The translations under genes and the position numbers were made by a program. The notes under the pieces were generated by a model. That model was not told where the DNA came from. It searched no databases and saw only the letters and a program-made list of their open reading frames with translations. A DNA stretch of 64,000 bases from NCBI GenBank assembly GCA_003344405.1, contig NOWV01000001.1, positions 1,240,001 through 1,304,000 on the forward strand. Reading direction: 5' to 3'. This stretch comes from Trichoplax sp. H2. Its lineage: Eukaryota. Of this stretch, positions 54,848 to 64,000 are shown piece after piece (the stretch's first letter is position 1; each line of letters opens with the position of its first letter).

Positions 54848-56146
54848 GTTGATAAACATTGATAATGCGCGATATTTTGAGTGAATCGTATCTGATGATT
54901 TACAATCAAAATTTCATAAAAATTGAGCAAATAAGTCCGCAGATAGCGATTTAAATACTGAACATACTTCAAACAATCTCATGTATTTATTTGCTTAAAA
55001 TTTTAAATGGTGTTATGTATCGAATCTTTTGTTTATGACGTTTTGATAATTATGTTAGTACAATATTAGCCAACCAATTTGATTTCTAATTTAACTGGAT
55101 ATACTAAATTCCCTTGCGCACGGAAGATAGACTTTTTCGGTAGATCTGTATTTATACCAATTTGCTTAAAAGTAAAAAATCCTGCTCAAAACTTGAATAT
55201 TTAAACCCATTCTTTGCCTCCATTTGAAAATTCGTTTCTTTGAATATAATTAACGATATAGGCTGGCTCAGTTTTTAATGAGCCATGAAATTTAAATGGT
55301 CCGATCCAATTTTCTTTATATTACTGATAATGGTATATTTTGAATATAAATGACTATGCAAGATTAATGCAAACTATACTAATAAAATGTCAGTTCAGTG
55401 ATATCTGTAATCAATGCTTTTGTTGCAACTTGTACGAATCTTTTACAGGCATGAGTTTCTTTACATTATTTTAATCTAAACATATTATGTTTTCGTTATA
55501 CTTATCTATGAACACATTTAGATAAGAGATTGATAGATGGCAAATACTATTGTAAGTTACGGCATACGACGTACAAGTGTTTACTCAATATAATTCGGAA
55601 CTAATGCTGTGATCCCAACGCTTATGACGTTAAAAGATACTTCTCACTCATGAATTAAAGTTAAAACTTATCGCAACAAGCTGGTGCGATTTTCCTACAC
55701 TATAGCTGTAACAAATCTATTCAATTACTAAATTCTCTAAAAATATAAAGAAATCAAATTAAAATAAAGGACTATTAACAAGTTTATAGAAAATATGGAC
55801 GATACACTTTAGCAGTTACATCATTTATGATGCTCACTTTTAGGTATGAGTAGATCTAAGGTTGCATTAAGCCCGTATGAATAACTTAATACTGAGGATA
55901 TGTTATACATAAATATCTGCGGGTCTTTACAGGTTAAAAATGTGGAACAGACGATGCAGTATCGATAAATATAATTGACTATTACAGTTGTAGCAATAAA
56001 GTAAAAAGACCATTGTTAATCATTTACCTGTAATTAACTTAATATTCTAATTAAATTGAAACATTTCATAGGTTGTAAGCGATTGAGTCTTTAATAGATC
56101 CGAAGAAGTGATTATTACTAATTGCTTGGTAATTCATAATCATAAA

Positions 56147-56562
56147 CTCTTTAAGTTTGCTATACTAAGATTCAAGAATACAGTATATGATACCAATGCT
56201 GGCTTACTAAAGATTGTAGGGAAGTACAGATGCACATACCGCTTTCATTTTACAACTATTCAGTATATTACATCCATTCATATCTATACTCAAACAATCG
56301 ATGCTACAAGAAGACCTTTTTCTAATCTAAAATATAATATGTAGTAGTATATCAACACTCTCAAGTTTGCTATACTAAGATTCAAGAATATACGATACTA
56401 ATGCTGGCTTACTAAAGATTGTAGGGAAGTACAGATGCATATACCACTTTCATTTTACAACTATTCAGTACATTACATCCATTCATATCTATGCTCAAAC
56501 AATCGATGCTACAAGAAGACCTTTTTCTAATCTAAAATATAATATATTGTAGTATATCAACA
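56147..56562. repeat. Recent tandem duplication, 2 x ~210 bp
   Basis: AAGTTTGCTATACTAAGATTCAAGAATA...CTAAAATATAATAT is repeated almost identically at ~56150 and ~56363. Confidence 0.9.
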
Positions 56563-57699
56563 ATCTATGTTAAGTTATCTACGTTGTTGATGGTGTTGAA
56601 AAGCACCACTTGATTATGATCCCATAAATTATTTATCATTATTTTTCCTATGCTTCTTTACCAAATAATAAATGTACGACATGCACAAGTAGTCTATACC
56701 AGTATCTGAAAACAAGTCCTGTTAGAAAATAACTTCTGTGACTAAAGTACGTTACCACTAATTATTTAATACACCTTTAATTAAGCAGATCAATTCCATA
56801 GACCTTGATTTGTAGATATGTATACATCATTTTTAATTACTATCTATGCAGTATACAAGCATTTAATTAACAATTCATGTAAAAACAAAAAGTTCTTCCC
56901 GACTAAAGTAATAAGTCGGGACAATAAATAATTTATAAGGCTATGGCGATGTTGTACTCTCTGCATGGGAAATGTAGCTATCAACGTGAGAAAATATCAA
57001 TTGACTAAGTTAGGTATTGGTCTATAAATTAGCCTATCAATCGTAGTATTGCAGCAATGACGATACATTAATTCTTTGGTTGTCATAGAAACTGAAAATG
57101 CTAATTAACATTGTAAAAATGTTCATGGCCACATCTGTTATAAACAATCAATTCCTCGGGTGGGATGGAATGTTAGCAGCAAACTAGCCTACAGCAACAA
57201 AAGAGTTAGAGCATACAATTCAATATAAATTAATTCATTATTAATAACAAAAAAAAAGACTTTCATTTTACATTTATTATAGTTAGGATGGATAGCGAAG
57301 CCAATCCGTTGACGATGGTTATGCTAGTTTTGTGCCCTAACTGCAATTAATAATCTCTAGTTTATCGCCTTCTGAACAGCATTGAGCTCTGGCATTAAAC
57401 AACTGTTTTTGATCGAATGATCACTTCATTGCTGCTGTAAACATTAGAACTTAAAGGAAAGGTAAGTTTTTCTTAAATGATCGACAGGGAAGATGTACTG
57501 GATAGATAGTAAATGGTGAGTATTTACTGTTCATTTTCATAAAACGTGAAAGAAAATTGATTTTTGTTTATAATTACGTATGATATTCTAAATGTGATCA
57601 AAAATTGGGGATGTAAAATTGCGTTTGCCTGACATTATCAATCTATGAATAGCTTTTATCACCTTTACCTCGTCTTCATGACTTTGGGATAGTATAGTG

Positions 57700-58240
57700 A
57701 AGTTGGAAGTTTATAAAATGAACATCATTGGTATAACGAAGTTGATTTCTGCTCATATTACCGTAGCATAAGATGTTTTACTATAGATAATCTCAAGTAT
57801 CAAGTAGCTCTTGCATGTTTTATTGAAGTCATAAACTTATAATATGATCATAACTGCTACGTTAGCGAAGTGAATTCTTGCTCCTATATTAGCTTATTTT
57901 TTTCCAAGATTAGTTGACTGTCTTTCGTAGTGTAATAGCTTTAACTTACTGCTAAATAATCCCAAGTCTCTAGTATGGTAGCCCTTAAGTATTATGTTGA
58001 AGTCATAAACTTATAACATGATCATAACTACTACATTAATGAAACCAATTCTTGCTCAGATATAAGCTTATTCTCTTCTAAGATTAGTTTATACCATGTT
58101 TGATAGCCAACTTACCGTTCGATGATCTTAAAAGAATATAAATGTTACGATTTAACTGTCAGCTTTTAGTTTATAAAATGATCATCGTAATAATATTAAT
58201 TTCTTGCTCTTATTAACTTGTGATATTTTCAAGATTAGTT
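57700..58240. repeat. Degenerate tandem repeat, ~120-170-bp unit
   Basis: Recurrent GAAGTCATAAACTTATAA..TGATCATAACT..AATTCTTGCTC..AAGATTAGTT near 57825 and 57999, with more diverged copies near 57700 and 58170. Confidence 0.6.
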
Positions 58241-60216
58241 TATATACTGTTATGAATACAGTAACAACTTTTACTTGCTCTCTACTTATGAGGGTTTTGT
58301 AGTCAATTAAATAAGCGAAAACCTTACAGAGTCATCATTGCTGATTAAAAAATTAGAGTTTTTCTTTCCATGTTAGTATATAATTTTCTAAGTTAGATCA
58401 AATATCATTCTTCGAAATTCGATTCTGTCTACCATTATTAGTAGAGTAATAACTTTAACCTACCTTTGACTGATTGAAAGAAGTTATAAATGTTATAGAT
58501 AGGAGAATAAATTATGAAATAATCATCATCCGTGAACAAAATTAATTCCTACCGATGTTATCTGACGCTATATCTAAATAACATCAACTACCGAGTATCT
58601 TATTTCAAAAATGGATTTTAGCTTCCGTAATGGATAGAGTAGTAGCGGTTAATTTACATTTAGCTATTTTAAAAGAATTTATCAATGCTATTAGTAACAG
58701 AGCGCCTTACTAAACGACCGTCATCTGAAATTGACTCCTGATTATGCTAGTCAAAGCATTTCTAAACTAGACAAAACGTCATTTTATTTCAAAATTGGAC
58801 TTTGTCTACCTTCGTCAATTGAGCAATAGTTTTACTAATCTTTTTTGGCTGGTGTGGATACTTTTTGAATGCTACGTTTAAGACTACCTACACCGACACT
58901 GATATTTAACATTTTGATCCGATTCCTCTAGAGACTGGGATATTGACTAGATCAATCTGTGAATATTTTGAACCTCTTGAAGGAAAGAATTAAGTAATTT
59001 AATTTTCACTCTGGAAAATATTCATCTACTAATAAATTCAGATTACACCTTCGCCATTCCATCGCAAGTTGAAGAAAATTTTCCATCAATAGGTATGGCG
59101 CACGATATTGATTTACACTTTTGAAGGTTTTACACCTCTATACGATTACTTTAAATAAACTATCAACACTATTCTTACGTTGATCATTTGAGTATAAACA
59201 TATCGCCTTTGCTACTTTTTATTTAATCCGTATTATAAATTCAAATGTAACTCGTCAATCGTCGTTAGCAATCTCTAAATAGCAAAATAAACGTATAGAC
59301 AATCAGATATCGATAGTTTATCCTGCTGTATCTCTACACGATAGCACTTTTAGAATCGACGGATTAATTTTACTTCCATAATGTTATAGTACAACAAATG
59401 TAAGGTTATAATTAACCGAATAGAAATATTTTCATTCTTTTACATCAGCATCCGGCTACAATTTTATGAGTTGGAAGAGCGAAATGGTCGAGTAAAGTTC
59501 ATTAATCCTTTTATTAGCATCATTCATTCTCTGTCCAGGAATAGTTAGCAACCTATATCTACCGTTCCATAATTTATTTTAAGAGCATTAGTAAATCATT
59601 GGTTGAAATACTTGCATCAAATCAGTTCATGAGAAAGAAGATCTGGTGTTTTCTCTGATTTCACAGTATAATAAACCGACGATTGCTGTCAGTGTCCAAT
59701 GATTTGTAGAATATTTTAACTCTATCCTATAAATAGGCTTTGTTCATCAAATGATCTCCAATGTTTGCATAGGGCATTACGCGTAATGGCCAAATATTAC
59801 CGGGCAATACGCGTATTGGCCAACTTCGGGTTTTGGCCGTAACCCATGTTATATACTGTTATCCGGCCAGAATAATAATCCATTTTACGTTAGCCTTTCT
59901 TGCTTTCTTATAATATGTTGTCGGAATTCGACTAAAATAGATTATGACGTGTTATAGAATACTCTCGTAGTAGCTATACAATCAACGTAGACTCAAATAG
60001 CTTTCGATTTTTCACCCTTGTTGAGTTCTTTATTTTACCATAAAATGTCTAGAGTCAATAGCTAATAAAAGAATAGTTTGCCATATTAAAGAAAAGCATC
60101 TTCTTATCATAATAGGCTTGAATAGTTACAAGTAAACTTTCAAGATGATCTCGATAGTTATCACGATATCGTAGTCGCGATTGTACATAACTATTAATTT
60201 AATTGCCAGGCTTGAA

Positions 60217-62370
60217 AATCAAAGTTACTCGCAATTTCGGGTTCAAGCAAGCCTCAATTGCTTTCGTCTAATAATCTAAGTATTCCAATCTCATTTAAAA
60301 GAGTTTACTTACTAATATAAATACCGTCTGAAAATTTTAACACACCAATAGTGATAACCGATGATCCGGTAAATTCTTACTATGCACCTTAAGTACAAGT
60401 GCTGGTACCAAATTGTCGCTTTTAGTCTGCCATGGCGATTTAATCAAGTACAAATGAGTATAATTTAACATTTCAATTTCACCGAGTCATCTATCAATAA
60501 TTTTTTAAACTAGTCGATGGCTATTTACCGTTACATTTCGCTTATTATTTTAACAGCTTTATTTGCGAATAACGTAATAAAAATTGTCTTCGTGGCATGT
60601 ACTGGATTGTAGTAGTCTTTAGCTACTCAATTTAGGGAGAACTAATTTTCAATGGCATGTATTTGCTAGTTTGTTAGTTTATTTATTGAGAGCCAACTTG
60701 AACCTAGTAAGAAATGAATCTAATCCTTTAATATCATATCATATCTATTTATCATTTTATCGATCGGGAACCCGATTCATATCTAGCAAGAAATAAGTTA
60801 TTCTCTTTCAAGTCGTAGTCTTTCATTGTCCGTATTGGGTAGAACTAATGCCTTATTATATCTACCGATAAGTTTATTAATTTATCGCTAAGGAATCCGC
60901 TCATATATAGTAAGAAGTAAATTATGATACCTGAAGTAGTAGTCTTTAAATAGTATTGTTACATAGAACCAATTCTATATTATATCTTCTGATGAGATTA
61001 ATTATCGATTGAGAATCCGCTCTTAACTAGCAAGAAGTAAATTATTACTCCTTAAGTAGTAATTTTTAAATACTTTACAACACAGAGTTAATTCGATATT
61101 ATGCCTCCTGATTCAATTATTAATTTATCGACGGGGAATAAACTATTATCTGACAAGAAGTAAATTATTTTACCTTAAAAAGTAGTCTTTAAATACTTGT
61201 ACTATGTAGAATTAATTCTATATTATATCTCCTGATTAAATTTAATAATTTATCGATAGGGAATAAGCCCCTATCTAGCAAGATAAAGAAATTACCGTAT
61301 TATTTTTGTTGTTATCCGTTCTAGTGAATTAAAATAGAACCACACGGTAAATTTCGCCATACTATGCTTGACAAGAGATCGCCTAATAAAAAGATAATCA
61401 ACTAGATTCATCCGGTGCTAATAGAACAGATCTGTAACTATCAATTATCTGATTTGAACGGAAGAGCAGTAAACAAATACCAATCATAACAGAGCTTGAT
61501 AAACAATACTGTGAAGATTAAGATTGCACTTTTTCTTATTCAACTTGAACTCCTGTCTAGTGTAATTGTTATCATTCAATTTTACAGCATTAGAGTTTAT
61601 TTCACACTCAATGATTCTTTTAACAGTAGATGCTTAAAATTGTATTTGAAAGATTATTCTTGCTGACAAGTTGAAACCCACGACTTTCTTACAGGATTGA
61701 TTATTGACATATTTAGAACTACGCTTGATTAGTCAAGAGATAAAAGCTCCATCTTCAGCTTATCCTCCCCCGTTACTACCGTTATTGATTATATATATAT
61801 ATATATATGTAACCTATACATATATCAATAACATAGACAATTTAAAGAATCAAGTTTAGAGATCATTAGCTGAAAAGTAAGAAAAAAATCGCGTAAGAAA
61901 TCTCCGGATATTATTTCAATTTCCTCCCCCACCCATCGGAAACTTCTAAAGAATAATATAGCTAATCTTATACCAATGAAGATGATAATCTACAGTTCTA
62001 TCAATACTATTTCTGGCGTATTGTCTTAGTATGAATACAATTATTTGAAATTTAAGTTTCGAGCTATCGATTGAAAGATCTGCCCAAATTTTCGACCGTA
62101 TTTCTCCGACAATCTGTTATTTCTGGTTGTTACTTTCGTTCGATTATAATTATATGTTCATCAAGAAGATTGTCAGATTTGGAAATCGAAGTTGCTTGCA
62201 ATTTCGGGCTCCTAATTAATCAAGTCTGGATTGCTTTCGTTCTAATAATTTGGGTAGTCCAATTTCATTCACAAGAGTTTACTTATTAATATTAATTAAT
62301 ACCGGCTGGAAATTTTAACACACTAATGGTGATAACCGACGATCCAGCAAATTCTTATTATGCATCCTAA
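60217..62370. repeat. Dispersed ~180-bp duplicate pair (60217-60392 and 62183-62370)
   Basis: Both copies share GCAATTTCGGG..TTGCTTTCGT..AAGAGTTTACTTA..AAATTTTAACACAC..GTGATAACCGA..AAATTCTTA. Confidence 0.75.
60760..61290. repeat. Degenerate tandem repeat, ~120-bp unit, 4-5 copies
   Basis: Recurrent TTATCG..GAATCCGCTC..TAGCAAGAAGTAAATTAT..AAGTAGTAGTCTTTAAATA..AATTCTATATTATATC near 60760, 60883, 61003, 61126 and 61251. Confidence 0.75.
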
Positions 62371-62560
62371 AGGAGATCAATACTCAACCTATTCGATATA
62401 TTATATTCAATTCTATTGAAAGACCAGAACGAAGCTATAGCTACCTACTCAAAATTAATCTTTACTTCCATTCATTACCAATATAGCGGATACAATCCAT
62501 TTTACCTGAGCGTAAAAAAACAGTTCTCTATTAATCTATTGCATTTAAAAGATCATCGAG

Positions 62561-64000
62561 ATGGCTATTACTAAAGCTGTTGCCGAAAGGAGATGGCAAC
62601 AAGTTCGCTTATTAACTGAACTATTCTATGATGTTAATTCAAGAGATCATCGCGGATATACACCATTAATACAGACTATTTACATTGATAATGAGCGTAA
62701 AGCGATTGGTGTGGCTAAATATTTGTTAAATCACGGCGCTAAAGTTGGTATCACAGACAAGCAAGGTTTAAATGCATTAATGCATGCCTGTAAGGAAGAT
62801 CGCGAACGTTTAGCTTTACTCTTTCTAAGTGAGAGAGATTTTGATTTAAATCATAGCGATCATGAAGGAAATACTGCCTTAATTTATACCGCTATTACAG
62901 GAAATATTATTATATTAAATAAATTGCTAGCCGAGATGAAAAAGTACAAATTAACTACGGATAAAGCCAATCGTGATGGTATTACTGCTTTAATTGCAGC
63001 TGCACAACATGGCAATATTTTATGTACTAGAATATTAATTTCTATTGGTCGCGCTTCTGTTGGTATTCGCGATAATAAATATCATCGGACCGCTAAAGAA
63101 TGGGAAACCACTCGTACTAGTCGTGATTTAGCATCTAAATCGCCCTTATTTCAACTTATTGCTGCTTCCAGTAATAATTCATCATTAACTAGTTCATTAT
63201 CTAGCTCGCGATCGCAAAGTATATCTACTCCAGTGGTATCCACTCCACGTCGTCGGCCAAGATCGGCCGTGACTAATTATCAACAATCTCGATCTGTAAC
63301 CAAAAGCCGTCCAAATGAAATCATTACAAGCAAAAAACAACCTCGAGCTGTCTCTGCGGGTCCATATCGGCGCCCATTAACTCAACCATTAATGAGTAAA
63401 CGTAATGCATCTGTGGAAATTTTACCATTACGTCAATATTCGACATTAAGTAACGATGATGGGCAAAATCAAGCAGTCTTAACACCACTAAACAAATTGA
63501 TGCTAATTTATCAAGCTCAATATGCACCGTCGTATAAGGCTGGGGTTAAATCCGTTAATGATGATAAATGTTCTGGTCGTAGTTTATCGCCAGCCAGTAC
63601 CATTGATCGTGAAAATAGTGAAACAAGTGAACTTGGCCACAGTATATCATCGATTGCAAAGCGTAGGATGAGTTTAAGTCGTCTAGTTGGATTAACTCGA
63701 TCAAGGCGTGATAGTACAGCTTCCAATAGTAGCACCAGCTCATTTAGTAAATTAGCCAAGAAAGCCTTGGCAATAACCAGATCGGAAATAAGTAATAAAA
63801 TTACCGGCAATAGCCACGATGAAAGTGATCATGATCGTAAGAGTGAAAATCGTGATGATGTTCGATTGTCACGATTTCGATCTTATTCTGATATTCGTTA
63901 TGATCAGGAAAAAAGTGAAGACGACAAAGCAAGAATTCGATCAAAATTCATGGTTAAATTTCAATTATCGCAGCGTAAAGGTGGCGATTCTAATGATCAA
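62561..64000 (+). CDS. Second ankyrin-repeat protein (ANKRD34/ANKRD63-like), 3'-truncated by the window end (480 codons or more)
   Basis: Open frame from ATG 62561 to the window end: MAITKAVAERRWQQVRLL...GYTPLIQT...GLNALMHAC...GNTALIYTA...NRDGITALIAAAQHGNILCTRIL, then a Ser/Arg-rich tail. It is missing from the ORF track because there is no stop codon in the window. Confidence 0.88.
   Translation, partial: MAITKAVAERRWQQVRLLTELFYDVNSRDHRGYTPLIQTIYIDNERKAIGVAKYLLNHGAKVGITDKQGLNALMHACKEDRERLALLFLSERDFDLNHSDHEGNTALIYTAITGNIIILNKLLAEMKKYKLTTDKANRDGITALIAAAQHGNILCTRILISIGRASVGIRDNKYHRTAKEWETTRTSRDLASKSPLFQLIAASSNNSSLTSSLSSSRSQSISTPVVSTPRRRPRSAVTNYQQSRSVTKSRPNEIITSKKQPRAVSAGPYRRPLTQPLMSKRNASVEILPLRQYSTLSNDDGQNQAVLTPLNKLMLIYQAQYAPSYKAGVKSVNDDKCSGRSLSPASTIDRENSETSELGHSISSIAKRRMSLSRLVGLTRSRRDSTASNSSTSSFSKLAKKALAITRSEISNKITGNSHDESDHDRKSENRDDVRLSRFRSYSDIRYDQEKSEDDKARIRSKFMVKFQLSQRKGGDSNDQ

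Noticed and set aside
63324-63810. ORF-track entries 63324-63527, 63517-63810 and 63555-63743 on the minus strand
   Set aside because: Antisense shadows of the real plus-strand ankyrin CDS.

Overview
AT-rich, intron-rich eukaryotic DNA from a compact animal genome. The style (short GT-AG introns, few repeats) suggests a placozoan such as Trichoplax; this is an inference. Gene order: single-exon ankyrin-repeat gene (-, 3058-4095); 15-exon ZNG1/CBWD zinc-metallochaperone GTPase (+, 12430-20027); single-exon FoxD (+, 30802-32373) inside about 24 kb of non-coding DNA; 27-exon glycine decarboxylase P protein GLDC (+, 45303-54847); and a second, paralogous ankyrin gene (+, 62561 to beyond the window end, absent from the ORF track). 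The most unusual element is a complete Pol III type-3 RNA gene (PSE-like element at about -64, TATA at -31, U8 terminator) lying antisense in GLDC intron 4 (49424->49312). It has U6 snRNA architecture and keeps the catalytic AGC triad, but its 5' splice-site box is UGGGAGA instead of ACAGAGA and its U2-pairing helix Ia is UAUC instead of AGAU, matching neither U6 nor U6atac. Also present: a 605-bp solo-LTR-like insertion with a 5-bp target-site duplication, whose empty allele is assembled just across an N gap; ZNG1->FoxD microsynteny matching human CBWD1->FOXD4; and several local tandem repeats.
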